Below, piece after piece: positions 37,533-51,319 of a stretch of 64,000 nt of DNA. A program made the position numbers and the translations under genes. Source of the stretch: Amphiscolops sp. MND2022. Lineage: Eukaryota. The stretch covers positions 67,828,001 to 67,892,000 of the forward strand of contig OZ076411.1 in NCBI GenBank assembly GCA_964187785.1. The letters are read 5' to 3'. The notes beneath the pieces are model-generated. The model saw only the letters and a program-made list of their open reading frames with translations. It was not told where the DNA came from and ran no database searches. Each line of letters opens with the position of its first letter. The stretch's first letter is position 1.

Positions 37533-40500
37533 TGTTATATACGGTTCAATCCGGTTCCTACGACCTCTACGGAGATTCAGTTCACCTACATGAAAACTGT
37601 CTAGTGTCTACATACCAGCTAGAGTTGTTTATAAACAAACTTAATCAAATGTTAAATTACATTAGATACATTTATACAAAGTGAAAAACTGAGATATAGA
37701 TTCGAACTAGAGATCTTTATTTTACAACATTCTTTTCTCTTAACCTTAGATTACTAGAATATAACATGGCGCAGTCAGCCAATTTTTAAAACAATTGAAC
37801 AAAACTTCTTACTACAGAATGGCGGAGAAAAACATAGTCCCGAACCTCGAAGCGAAAGTCACAGACGGAAATCCGGTATTCACACCGAGACAATGGCTAG
37901 AAAGGTTCCGGCAGTTTTTCAAACGGGAACACAAAATAGACATTGCACCGCCACTGAAAGGAGAAGATATAACAGACACCGGGTGGACCGGAAAAGAAAA
38001 ATTAATTCAAGAAGATTTTTTGTGGGGAGTGGGACCGGAAGCACTCTACCAAATAACTAGGGAAGATTATAAAACGGAACCCGACAGTATAAAAGTGAAA
38101 GACTTAATCCGGTTGTTCACCGAATTTTACATGCCGAAAAGAAACACGTATCATAACCGCGGAGACTTCTTCTGGGCAAAACAGACAGAAGAGGAAACAC
38201 CCGAGGAAATTTGGAGACGGCTAATCGAAATTGAAAAAGAATGTAACTTCAATACCATCTCGGCAGAAGAAATGTTGATATCAAAATACATGATCGCAAT
38301 TACCGATAAAAAATAACGGGATAAAATAATGAATAAGAAAACACTGGAACTGAAGAAAGTATATAAATTGATCAAACAAAACACATACGAGAAGAAAAAT
38401 AAAAATAACACAATACCGGAAGCTTTGATATCAACAAAAGAAAAACAAATAATAAAAGAAGAACCGATACAAAGAATGGAACGATTCGGTGTGAGACCGA
38501 AAAATAAAACTCGGAAACCGAACATGCAGATTTTTCACCGCACCAACCTGGACACCAATGCACAAATGCCCCGCACTAGATGCTAACTGTAACAAATGCG
38601 GCAAGAAAGGACACTATGCGAAAGCATGCAGACAGAATACAAACAACAACCGAACCGTGAAAAGACTAACCGAAGACGAACCGAACGAATCAGACAGATC
38701 ATCAAGTGAATCCGAAAAGAGCATTTACCACATAAAAGAGATAAAGAAAATCGACGAAACAAATAAACACTTCACCACAATGCTTAAAATCAATGGAGTA
38801 ACAAAAGAATTTATAATAGACACCGGATCACCAATATCACTAATGCCACCGGATGAAAGAATTACAAAATCAACCGAAATACAGAAAATAACAAACCGTT
38901 ACCAAGACGTGAATAATAGCGAAGTAAAGTTTCGGAGAAAAATTCCGGTAAATGTCGAATACGAAAATAACAAACAGAAAATGGAGATTTTGATAACCGG
39001 AAGAACAGACATGACACCATTACTCGGAATGGATTGGATGAAGAAATTTAAACTAACGATCAGCAAAATACAATTGGCCGACAACAACCAATCAGAACGC
39101 AGGAAAATATTCAACAAATTTCCGGACCTATTTGAAAATAACGAAACGATAAAAGTCACCGAAATAAATATCCAATTAAAACCAGGACATTATCTGGTGA
39201 AACAAAAAGCAAGACAGATACCAATACACCTTCAAGAAGATGTCGGACGTGAACTAGAAAAACTAATAAAATCCGGACACTTAGAAAAGATAAAAGACCT
39301 AGACGAAGATTGTTCTGTATCTCCGGTAGTCATAACCGTGAAAAGTGACAAATCAGTGAAGATAGCAATAGACTCAAGAAAACTGAACGATAGCTGCTTT
39401 AAAATGAGACCTCACATGCCAAATATGGAGAAAATACTAAACCAAATTTCGGTATAAATTTCACGCGACCGAACAGTACAACTATTTATATCAAAAATCG
39501 ATTTAGACTATGCGTACGGACAAATGAAACTATCCGAAGAAACAAGTCGACAATGCGTATTTGCTTTAACCGGAGGAAATTTTAGCTGATATTACCGATT
39601 CAAAAAGGGGTTTTACGGACTTGCCGACATACCCACGATATTCCAAGAAAAGATCGACCGAACGCTCGAATATTGCACACCGGCGTGGCTGGACGATATA
39701 ATTGTAGTAACACGAGGAAATAAACAAGACCACGAGAAGAAATTATTTGACGTATTGAACAAACTGGAAAAAGCCGGTTACCGAGCAAGCAAAAAGAAAT
39801 CAGACTTCTTCATGAACCGAATAAAATGGCTGGGACACGAAATCGATGAAAACTGAATTAAACCGAACGAAGAAAAAATGGAAGCCATACAAAAATTAAA
39901 ACCACCGGAGAACACAAAAGAACTGAAATCATTTCTCGGGGCGATACAAAACATGGCAAAAACTTTCGGAACAAACCGACCGACTACGAAAATTACTGAA
40001 AAAGAATGAGCCATGGATATGGGGAGATGAACAACAAGAAGATTTCGGAAAAATAAAACAAATGTTAACCGAAGGCCCATGCTTGGCACGCTACGCAAAA
40101 GACAAAGATAATATAGTAACAACGGATGCCAGCACCACCGGACTGGGGATTACATTATGGCAGAAACAAGATGACGGAAACACAAAACCGATAGCATTCG
40201 GAAGTAGATACTTGAACGATACCAAAAAAAATATTCTATCGGTGAACTAGAACTACTAGCAGTAGTGTGGGGACTCGAAAAATTCCAATTTTATTTATAC
40301 GGAAAGAAGGTGTACATTTATACCGATCATCAAGCTTTAGAGACATTAATCAAGAGAAACCGGAGTAACAGACAATACAGCGCGAGATTAACCAGATGGT
40401 TAGACCGCCTAACTCATTTTGAAATATCAATACAGCATATCGCAGGCAGTAATCTGAAATTTACCAACTACCTCAGTAGAAATCCGGTAGGGAGAGCCAC

Positions 40501-43045
40501 ACCGGAAGAAATCTACGACGAGGAATACGTCATCAACATACTTACCGAACAAGCGAAATTGAATATAAAATACGGACCAATATTCGCTGGCCAATCAGAA
40601 TGCAAGAAAGTGAAAAACGAAATAAAGAATGATATAGCCGAAGAACAAAATGAGAAATGCGGTAGCCAATCACACACGAATAGAACATTCGAGAACAAAT
40701 ACGGCGTGAACAAAAATAAACCAAACGAAAAAGCTACATCCGGGCAGTCCGAAAATAGCGCGCTAAAGCCAAGGTACTCAAAGAAAGAGTGTCAAAATTC
40801 AAATCGAATTACAAAAGTTCAAAATTCAAATACGGAAACTACCGAAATGATTCGTGAAAAGTTTTACCACTGGGGCGCCACACGCGAAATTATGGAGATT
40901 ATTCGCAGAGACACGCCGATTAGTAGAACGACGAAATGGATTATCCCGACCATGAACATTACGACGCCGGTATGATCACTATACTCAGAGGACGGTATTC
41001 GCTCCAACGAGACCTAACAAAAGAAGTCGAGGGTAAATTGCCGAGATTGTCGCAGAGATCATGAGGCGAGACAAGCGACTGGGCGGCGGATACCGACCAA
41101 TAGCTGAAGAAGAGGAAGAACCGGAAGAAATACGGGAAGAAGGCGAACTAGAAATCGAGAATGCCGAGACGGAAGTAGACAGCGTCATAATGCGGGGCGA
41201 CAATCTACCAATAGTAGATCTCAGCAAACATAATACAGAAGGAAAGGAGGCGCATTACATACAAATACACCACATCGTGGGGAAGTTAACAAGCAACAAA
41301 ACGATCACCGAAGATCATATTAAAAAAGCAGAATTTGAGTTCATGATGGACTTAAAAACGCTCATCGCAAAAACCGCAATTGATCCGGATCTAACCCGCG
41401 TCAGAACCAGCATGCGGAGAGAAGACCGAGAGACAGTTCCGGATGGCTACCGAATTGCATTCGACAATATATCAATCAGATGGGGATTGATCTTCGTCGA
41501 TGACCAAATCGTGATACTCATCGACTTGAGACGAAGACTCCTGGACATCCTTCATTTCGGTCACTCCGGTATAACAAAAATGATGTCAGAAGCACGCATA
41601 TTCTGGTGGCCCGGAATGAAACAAGATATCGAGAACAAAGTAAAAGACTGCACAGCCTGCTTTGCATCAGGTAAAAACCTTAAATATCAATTACCGAAAA
41701 AACATTACGGAAAGTTAGAAAAACTAACCGAACCCGGCCAAGAATTACAAATTGATTTTACCGAAAAATTGCATAACAAAAATATGCACGGAGAAGTACA
41801 AATACTAATAGCGGTAGATAAAATCAGTAAATGGCCGACCGTAAAAATATGCAAAACGGCGGAACCCAAAGAAGACACAAATTTCCTATCGAGTAATTTT
41901 AACTTATCCGGAATAACAGAAAAGATCAAATCCGATAGAGGAGGAGCAATTGTTTCGAAGGGATACCGAGAATTTTGCAAGAACCGAAATATTGAATTTG
42001 AATATTGCACATCCCCCCCCCCGAGTACATACGGGAAACGGAGTAGTAGAAAGAGCAATACAAACATTGAAAAATTTAATAATAGCAAACTTGGAAGACG
42101 GTATAAGCTTAACCGAAAGCGTAAACAGAGCATTACATGTAATGCGATGCGATTTACAATACATACCGGATTAAAACTAACGCCATTTGAACTACACCAC
42201 GGTAGAAAACCGAGAACCGAACTAACGAATATCGTTGAAGACGGAAAATCATACCTATCTAATTGGTCAGAACTGACTGTTTCAGCACCGAACAGACCAA
42301 AGATTCCCATATACGTTGGCCGTGATGCAGACGGGGACATTACAAATCATATAGTTATGGCGCGAAACAAAACAGAGGAGCAACACCTCGCCGAAAGACC
42401 AAAATCAACGAAGAAGAAAAATTCGGTTAGATATCCCTTTTACTTTATTGAAAAGAATCATAACAAAAAATCACTGGTGGGAAAATTTAAAAAAAAATAC
42501 AAACCGCTATAAGCGGAACCGAAAGTACTATGAAAACAGACTCCGTTAAAATAATTAACCGAAAATTCATTTCGGAACCACTGTTTCAGACCGAAAGGAA
42601 AAGCAGAAAAGAACCGGTAACAAATGCAACCGGTGAAATTAACCCCAAAAACCGACACTGCCTACGCGGACTGGACGGGAAATACGGCCGTTGGGATCCA
42701 AAGCCGGAGACGATCCAGAAGCCAGCAGACTTCCTACCCGAGGAAGAAACAACACCAGGCCCCTCAAACTGAATGTAGAGAAACTACACGAGAAAAGAAT
42801 AGAGGGGGAAATGTTATATACGGTTGAATCCGGTTCCTACGACCTCTACCGAGATTCGGTTCACCTACATGAAAACTGTCTAGTGTCTACATACCAGCTA
42901 GAGTTGTTTATAAACAAACTCAATCAAATGTTAAATTACATTAGATACATTTATACCAAGTGAAAAGCTGAGATATAGATTCGAACTAGAGATCTTTATT
43001 TTACAATATTCTTTTCTCTTAACCTTAGATTACCAGAATATAACA
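37533..43045 (+). mobile_element. Ty3/Gypsy LTR retrotransposon D (Mag-like, related to C), full length, decayed
   Basis: LTRs 37533-37766 and 42812-43045 (234 bp, 8 differences seen). TSD TTCAG. PBS TGGCGCAGTCAGC at 37767. PPT AGAGGGGGAAA before 42812. Confidence 0.95.
37795..42770 (+). pseudogene. gag-pol: gag-pol of element D, fragmented
   Basis: CNKCGKKGHYAKAC, IIDTGSP, AWLDD (~39690), TTDASTTG, LHFGH...CTAC and IKSDRG, across ORFs 37795-38316, 38558-39457, 40062-40250, 40265-40975 and 41061-42512. Confidence 0.9.
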
Positions 43046-44228
43046 TTCAGTACCTGAAAAACCCATAAAGTTTGACCGAATTGGCACCGCCGGGGTATCC
43101 TTTTGGATTTTTGACATCCATCGTGGCTAAACATCAAAAAATTGAAGGGGGGACCTTTCATGATACATTTTTTTTCTCGAAAAAAATCTCAATGCCGAAA
43201 AAACTTGAAGGGGGGGGGGACCTTTTGAGACTTTTCAACATCCATACTGTCGCAGAAGATCAACAATTTGAAGGGGGACCCTTTGGGTAAAACTTTTTTT
43301 GAAAAAAAGTCTCACAATGCCGAAAAAATCTGAAAGGGGGGACACTTTAGAATCTCCTGGTACTGTATGTTACGCGGAAAAACATAAAAAAACCTTTTTG
43401 GTTCAGTTCGCTAAGCCGAATGCTTCAATTTGGCAACATAAAATTTCGTATAACTTTCAAGAACTATTTTGTCAGTTCGTGTTTATTGAAAAAAAAGTCA
43501 CTATAATAGTCGCGTTTCACTTCATGAAGCGCCGGCCAAAAAAGATATTTTACAATTAAAAAAGACACCTCCGAAACGTTTTAAAATTTTAATTTTGGGG
43601 ACGGATTTGAACAGAGCCTTACAACTCACTAACACAGTATCTGGAGTCTTTCTAACGCCTGATTTGATCTATTGATAATTTGTTTCAAAAGGGAGGAGTC
43701 TTCTATAAAAAGAAAAGAACTTCACCGTGAAAGCTGAAGGACAAATTCATGTCTTTTGGCATGAATATTTCATGTATGACATTCATGTTTCAGTGGAAAA
43801 CAGGTGTGATAGTGGAACTTGGAATTATCTCATTTGAAACTGCAATGTTTTTTATATTCGACGTTTCTGCGCTTCAAAGTTGGTGGCAAAGAAAACGGTC
43901 AGTTTTGTAGGAGTGGCTAGCATCAATTTTTCACCACTATGATTTTTCGTCCTCAGATAATTGTGTTGAGAAATTGTTCCAAATGGGCCTCTGTTTCCCG
44001 TTTGCTCGAGGTAGAAATTTTTTGATGGAAATATTGCAATTGAAACTTCATACATTTAATGCGCACTCTACAGCTCTAAATTTCATGCTCTAAACTAACT
44101 AACTAACTAACAGCAAACGAATTTTGATTGGCAATCATAACCAAAAAAGTAAGTTTTACAAACCGCTTCATTAAGATCGGTATGTTCCAGGAGATGAATG
44201 AAACAGTCAACAAGACGGGAACGTCTAA

Positions 44229-44810
44229 AGTCGGCGCCATATCTAAGGCTCAAAAAGCGAAGAGTTTTCTAAATATGCCCAGGATGTATTCATGAAAAGC
44301 TTTGAAAACACTTTTGAGACACCCAAAGTGTGCCTTTCATGCTCGATATGACTGGAAAATCACTTTTCCCGACTGGAAACAAAAAAAATTGAAAATTTTT
44401 TTGAAAAAAAAATTTTTTGAAATTTTTTTTGAAAAAAAACTTCGAAAACGTCTCATAGTGCCGAAAAATGAAAAGGGGGGACCCTTTGGGATTCATTAAC
44501 ATAGTTTTTGTTGCAAAATATCAAAAACTCCGAAGGGGGGACTCTTTTAGACATTAAAAAATTTCGAAAAAAAATTCGCACAGTGCCGAAAAAAAATTGA
44601 AAGGGGGACCCTTTGGAGTCTTCCGGTTTTGTAGGTTACGTAAAAAAGGTAAAAAACGAAAGGGGGGACCCTTTGCAGGAAGTTTGCATTGGTCGAACTT
44701 GGCCTGAGTGGTACATACGCGATGAGCTCTGTGGTCTGACGAAAAAAAAAGAAAAAAAACTAGCCACTATAATAGTCGGGCTTTTTTCCTTAAAGGCAAA
44801 GGCGCCGACT
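44229..44810. repeat. HINE/DINE-1-like repeat copy
   Basis: AGTCGGCGCCATATCTAAGG ... GGCGCCGACT with the internal subrepeats. Confidence 0.65.
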
Positions 44811-44999
44811 AAAAACGATGAATGAAACAGCATAATACATTGCTGTCAGAAATACCTACAACAGGGGCAAAAGAAAAAACACTTAACAAACTGTTGGAAA
44901 TCTCGAATTCTGAAAAATATTAAATGTTCCAAGGCTCTAAATTTTTTCTGCTCGATCAAAAAATCAACTAGACTTCAACAAGCAACCTAATGAACAGTT

Positions 45000-46700
45000 G
45001 GTCTCTATTGTGGAAGCATAAATATCGACAGTTGATCAGTTCGCCCGGCTAGAAACGTTTTCGATATCAATGAGTCACTTAAATTGGATTACTAACAAAT
45101 GCGATATTGAAACCAGATAAACTTTTCTACAATTGGATTATGAATTCGACTGATCAAACGCAGGAAAAATACCAAAAATTCCGAAACAAGTTGACTGCGA
45201 TGATTAGAAAAGGTAAACGAGAAGCCAACTCCCAAAAACTAGGTGATAACCCACCATCAAAAACAATTATCAAACGCTGATAGTTTATAGTAATGGAATC
45301 AGGGAATCAATCAAAAACTAGTTTGTCAGCTGTTGAACTGATTTCTTTTTTCTCATCAAATGGTGAAACAACTGCTGAACGTGTTCAAAGAGACTTGTAG
45401 AAAGTTTCAAATACAAGAAATGAAAAACTGGTTTTGAGACTAACATGAAATAGAAGTTGGAAAGATATTTATTAACCTCAAAAACGAACGAGCCGGGAAC
45501 TGCCCAAGTAAGCGCCTCCCTAAAGTTCAAAAATAGATAGTTTTTAAATATGCAAAAAGACACTTTTGTTAAAATTTCATCATTTTTGGAATGCCCAAAA
45601 ATACCAGAAGGGATACGCATAAGACTCGAAAAATGACGCACAAGACTATTTTTTTCCTCAAAAATATTTCTTTATCCAAAAACAATTGGTTTCAGGAAAA
45701 ATTAATGGGGCTGTGATGCACTTTTTGATATCACTCAGCCCATGAGAGAATAAATTTATTCATTGATTTCAGAAAGCCGTTTAACTCAATAGGTCATAAG
45801 ATTCTTCAATAAATTGCAGATTATTGCTTCAGAATATTATTTCCAAAAGTCTTTGACGACTATTCAAATGGATGTTCCGAATGTGTGGCAAGCAACTTCC
45901 CAATCAGATATGGCGGTTCTCAAGGCTCCATTGTTGGTGCTATTCTTTTTCTAGTTTTTCAAAACATCATTTCGGAGCAACGTGAAACAGCAAAGTGGCA
46001 ATTTGTGTAGATGATACAACAAAATGCAGGTTACTATTGACAGCGCCAATTAAATGGTGACTTAGAATCAATAACTAAGGGGTTTCGGAAACACAAACTA
46101 TCACTATGCTAATTGCAGTGTAAATCAATGAAATTCGGTCGTATTTCTGGTTGAGGGTTCAGAATTATGGGAGTAAAAGGTTTATAAAAACCCCACTATA
46201 AATACTTAGGAATCAATCGCGACGAAAGTTTTTCGTTTAATAGTCACATTAGTAACTGAAAATAGTAAATGAAAAATAGTAGCTAAAAAACTGAATGCAT
46301 TTTGTGGGTTATCACACAGAGTGAAAAATGTGTATCTTGAAAACACCTTGTGAGATTGTATAAAACTCTTGCAGAGTCAATATTACGTTATGGACAGTTG
46401 GTATACGGAAGTGCATTCAAGAATGCGTTAAGTAGTTTTGATACAGCACAACGAAGAAATTTAATTGCGTTTTTTAGATACCAAAACAAACGTATGACTA
46501 CCTATTAAAAATATGTAGTATCAATTGCTCTAGTAAAGTGTATTAGAGGTTTATTCATGAAGTTTTCTCTGAAGTGTTCACACAAATTCGTTGCTGAGCG
46601 CAAAAGAAGTTTTTGATTTTGTATGTTATTCAACACGATTACAACACTGCTAAAAAGCAAAAGGCTGCTATCAGCTATTTCAAGTAGGACTGCTCTGAAA
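45000..46700 (+). pseudogene. Heavily decayed CR1/L2-like non-LTR retrotransposon RT region
   Basis: Fragmentary plus-strand motifs FRNKLTAMIRK, KQ-GFRK, KA-FNSIGHKIL, SQGSIVGAILFLV and CVDDT, in the expected order. Confidence 0.65.
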
Positions 46701-47393
46701 GATATAAGCTTAAAAATGTCCTAGTACCGGCTCATAATTGCTGAAGTTATTGATTTTGACACCGGAAGACAGCAAACAGTGCAGAAAAAAAGTAAAAACG
46801 CTCCTGGATTTCATAAAAATTACTTGCATTCTAGGCGGCAAGGAACTATTCGATATTTTTACTGTGGTTCCTGCTTTTAACTCATTTTCCTTTCCTTTAG
46901 TAGTGGCCTTCAAGGGCAAAAATTTATATAGGAGCAGTAAAGATAATTTTTCGTACTGTTTAGATGTAAATTCAATAATACACTTGTTTGTATTTGTTTA
47001 CTATCTAACGAAATAAACTTTACTTTGCCCAAATGGATAGGGAACCTTCTAGAACCCGTTGTTATCGCTGTACTTCTACGGAACAAACTGAATGCTTTCC
47101 GTTTTAGATTTCGAAAAAAGTATTTTCGTAAATAATAGACTTGTTCACGGTTTATTTGAACATTTACGATACTTGTATCTGAGAATAGGTAATGCACACA
47201 GATATCGCAATAACTCCATTCTTTCCATTTTTTTGATTGCAGAGAATCGCTTCTCCGAAATGAAACTCAGTACCAATAAAACGTGATTGGCGTTTATGAC
47301 ATTGGTTAATCTCGAATACAAATGATCGCTTAGAAGCCTATTTTATTCCAGACAAGGTGGGACGTTCATTTAATTTCAGAAGAAGCTGTTTTT

Positions 47394-47920
47394 AGTCGGC
47401 GTATTTCAGTAGAACATGAGCGCGACTAATACAGTGGCAAGTTTTTTTTCTTTGTTTTGTCAGATAACAGAATATATGCGTTGTGGACACTTTTTGCAGA
47501 ACTACTAAACTACTGAACGGAAACTTGCGGAAACGCATCTAAGTTAACGCAAGATACAAAACCGGACGAGACTTTAGGGTCCCCTCTTTGATTTTTTTTC
47601 AACGTTGTGCCACTTTTTTCAATTTTTTCGTCTCCAAAGGGCCCCCTTCAAGTTTTTCGATATTTTCAAGCAAACTGAAGTTTCAAAAAGACCAAAGGAC
47701 CCTTTTACTTTTTTTCGGCACTATGAGACTGTTTCTTTTTGATTTTTTAAAGTCTGAAATTTTGTTTTCTCATTATATGCCCACAAATACTTTCTGAAGT
47801 TTTGACGTAATATCCGGAGTAGAGCGCTATATCCAAACTTTTGACGTTATATCAGATTTGCGTTTTACTGAAGAGGAGTTGCAGGATCGATCTTTTTGAG
47901 TATTGGATATAGCGCCGACT
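47394..47920. repeat. HINE/DINE-1-like repeat copy, opposite orientation
   Basis: AGTCGGCG at 47394 and GGATATAGCGCCGACT ending at 47920. Confidence 0.55.
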
Positions 47921-49296
47921 TTAGACGTTTTGTTCAACGCCCGTCTTGTTTGCAATTCAAGAACACTGAAAATCGAAAACGATAGAAAAATGCATGCGAT
48001 AATTCAGGTCTCATTTGAAGGTTCAAAGCGCCTCAATATTGTCCAAGACAAAAACCAACTGTTTCAAAGGTAATGTAAACTGACTATATTGATTCTTTCC
48101 AGTCGAATGAAAACTTGTTGGTATTAAAATGGCGTCACCAATAAGACACCGAAATCTCAGAAGTGGCAACACATGGTGACTGAAACTGTTTCTCATATTT
48201 GGAAGTGAATGAGACAGAAGAAAGTTACATATTTTTGAAGTATGATGAATATATTTTTGTTCCATTTTCATGCGCTTGGTTGCAAAATACCAAGGGACAC
48301 TATTGAATAAAATTGTCAGGGATTGTAACTTTTATAGAAAAACCAGACCATCGAAACATGACAGTAACATGTCAACAAAAAGTTAGATTTTAAATTATTG
48401 ATCGCAATAAATTATTGATCGAAATGATGGCCAATTTATTTTTGAGGGGGTGATGGGATTGATAGATGTCCCTGAAATTTCCTTCACAAACAGCGAATCA
48501 AATTTTGTATTTCAATTTGAATTTTAAATTTTCTTCAAGAGTAACAGTTCTCGGTTTCGAGAGCAATAAGGTTTTATATAGTTGTTTTATAATGTTATAG
48601 TTCTCAAGATGCTTATGCGAAATGGATTTCGTTTTATTCAAATCCACATTTGAGTTTCTGGTCGATGTGTTTCCGTGAGTGATAGCTCTTTTTTAGCGAT
48701 TGTTACCATCATGGTGTTGTGTTCTAGTGCTATACGTATAAAAGTGACAGATACTGAAATCATCGGGTTTCTTTGTACGTCTAAAATCGAAATCAGTAAC
48801 AACATAAACAGGTATATCTAAGTTCTATATCTGGAGTTTGTTGTTTGTCAACAGTAGCAAGTACTGTCTGTAACCGAAACTCGGTAAAGGTCATAACTGA
48901 CGGTTGAATCATATGACACATTGTACATCTCCTCACCAAGTCAAATGCATTCGTTTTGTTCCCTGAACCGTTCCAAAATTATATGGTGTGTTGAGTGGTA
49001 ACTATGCACATCCCAATCTATCTAGTGCTGGACTTCAGATCAGAAATGTCAGTAGAACAAAGTTTCTCAGAGTTCTTTGCTTGAGGTAGTAGAATTAACG
49101 AAACGCGTTTTGGATAAAAACAACCAAAAATGTTTATTCTTCTGAAGTGGAGCTTTTCCTATTAGAAATTTTTTGCGACTTTTTATTAAACATGTATTAA
49201 ACTGTCACTTTCACACTTACCTAGAGTCATTTCTGACATCTCTCACCTAATTTTATCTTCAATTTCTCATGATTTTTGAAAAGCGAAAAGGTTTTT

Positions 49297-49764
49297 AGTC
49301 GGCTCTTCATAAAGTGAAACGCGACTATACTAGTGGCTTCTTTTTTCAATCCACACAAACTGACCAAAATAGATTCTTAAAAGTTCTACGATACTTTAAG
49401 GTGTCAAATTGGACCATTTGGCCCAAAGAACTTGATCAAAAGAGATGTTTTTTTCAGCGCAACATACAATACCGGGGAGACTAAAGGGTCCTCCTTCCAG
49501 TTTTTTTTCAAGATTGTGAGACTTTTTTCGAAAATGTTTTTTTTCCATCAAAGGGTGAAAACTCAATTTTTTAGAATGTTTCGAACAGAAATGTTGGAAA
49601 GTCCGAACGGAACACCCCCCTTTCACCGCACCAGGGGTACGCACCAACGGGCCCCTGGCGCGCAGCTTCGGTCGACTTTTTGGGTTTTTCAGGTAGTATA
49701 AAAGAGGATACTTGACACTTTGAAGTACTTTTGCTATTTTTGAGCCTTGGATATGGCGCCGACC
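49297..49764. repeat. HINE/DINE-1-like repeat copy, opposite orientation
   Basis: Reverse complement of the same terminal motifs (GAGCCTTGGATATGGCGCCGAC at the right end). Confidence 0.6.
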
Positions 49765-49794
49765 TTATGCTGTTCCGGTTTATTTCTGAACTGG

Positions 49795-50930
49795 TCAATT
49801 GATACTGCCACAATTAGGTTCGGGGTTCTTCAGAAGCAGTATTGCCATATCATGTTATTTCTCAACCATTTTTGCTGCAATGGATTTTACATGTTGAAAA
49901 GTTGTTTATGTTCACCAAAGCTTCTGTACCACCTGTCATGAAACACTTCTGGAGAGATATGATTTCCAGTGTTCATCTGACTTTGCCGGCTGAATTGGGT
50001 GGTCTAGGGGTGTCATCCGCATATTTGTTGGCACTTCCTACCTGCTTGGCTTTAAGCTTCCGGTGCGCGTGACTTCCTAACGACAATTTCTCAGAAATCT
50101 TCGAGGGTTCTTTGTTCACGAAAGCGCTTGAGAAATGGTTGATGGTCACGAACGAATTGATGCGTCACAGAGAAACTGGACCCAACCTGTGTTCCAGCGT
50201 ACTGCTCAGAATTTGATATCTAAAATGGACGAAAAAGTATCGAAAACTTGCAACTCTCTCCAAGGTAAATTCGGGTCCAGTGGTTGAAAGTCGTTCCTTG
50301 TAAAAGCTTGGGCTCGAAGCTTGATGATCAGCAGCTAAGGATTGCTATCAGGCTATGTCTGGAGCAAACATCTGTGTAGCGGGTATATTCTACTGCGGTA
50401 AAAAGCTCGAAAGAGACAGTTCACATCGTCTTTCTTGCACCAAAGACTAATCCTAACTCAGTCATGAAGCAGACGTTGGGATCTCCCGACTTGCTTTCCA
50501 ATGCTGGAAACCCGTGGGCTGTACAAAGCCGACGGCAAACTCCCAGATAGAGTAACGTGACTTCTTCGGAAATGGGTAAACAAATTGTGAGATGTTTTGA
50601 GATGTCTTGGTAGTCAATGCCCTTGCACCCAGTCGCTTGATTCAAGGCTCCTTGGGCATCCCTGGAACCACCGCTTCCCATGCAGAATCATGGAAGCCTG
50701 AGAAGTGTCAACGATTGATTGACAACGGATACATCTTTAAACCGATGCCACTGGAAGTACAAGGTTCTTTGTGTGAAACGTATTGAAAAATTCATAACGC
50801 GCCTCTGTAAAATGCTCTGTCGTTTGCACGAAAATCCATGAGCCGATAACTTTTTAGAAATTCTATCTCAAAGGGTCAACGAATTGGCAGGAACAGCAAG
50901 CGACAGAGAAGCTTTTGAAGAATTTATTGT
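49795..50930 (+). pseudogene. 3' part of a CRE-clade (restriction-like endonuclease) non-LTR retrotransposon, decayed
   Basis: LTLPAELGGLGVSSA, WLKVVPCKSLG-KLDDQQLRIA, CGKKLE..SH.LSC, and DGKLPD..T...W.GK followed by PLEVQGS, which follows the CRE/R2-like RLE layout. Confidence 0.7.
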
Positions 50931-51319
50931 TTACCGCCCAGATTTAATGGGGCAAGAAAATTATGATCTGTGATGCGTTTTTTTTACAAATATTGCCAAA
51001 TCTCTACGCTCCGCTACTTGACTATTTTAACTACTTGACTATTTTAGGGAGATACTTGGCTATTTAGTAACTTGACCAAGTTCCAACTTTCGTTAGCAAA
51101 TCTCCACACGAGGTCGCGGGTTCGAACCCGGGCTGATGCCTTTTTTAGCGAAAAATAACCCGGTGCTTAGCGGGCGTTTTGTTACGTTTAGTACTGTTTA
51201 TTGGGACTGGCCTTCTTCTTTGCAACTTGACAGTTTCCCTCCTAACTTTTTGTTACTTTGGATCCTGCCTATTCCCATTTGGTGTCTGTTCCCAATTTAA
51301 ATGTTGTAGGTGATCTTTT

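Larger units (their letters stand above)
37441..43537. repeat. HINE/DINE-1-like repeat copy interrupted by LTR element D
   Basis: Left end AGTCGGCGCCATATCTAAGG at 37441. The remainder of the repeat resumes after 43045 and ends in AAGCGCCGGCC. Confidence 0.65.

Noticed and set aside
45318-45641. Inverted (twin-primed) segment in the CR1/L2-like fragment suggested by a minus-strand ORF
   Set aside because: The plus strand carries the expected LINE motifs continuously through this region.
48000-49250. Possible host exons in unique-looking DNA (also 43560-44200)
   Set aside because: Only short ORFs, with no recognisable domain or consistent splice pattern.
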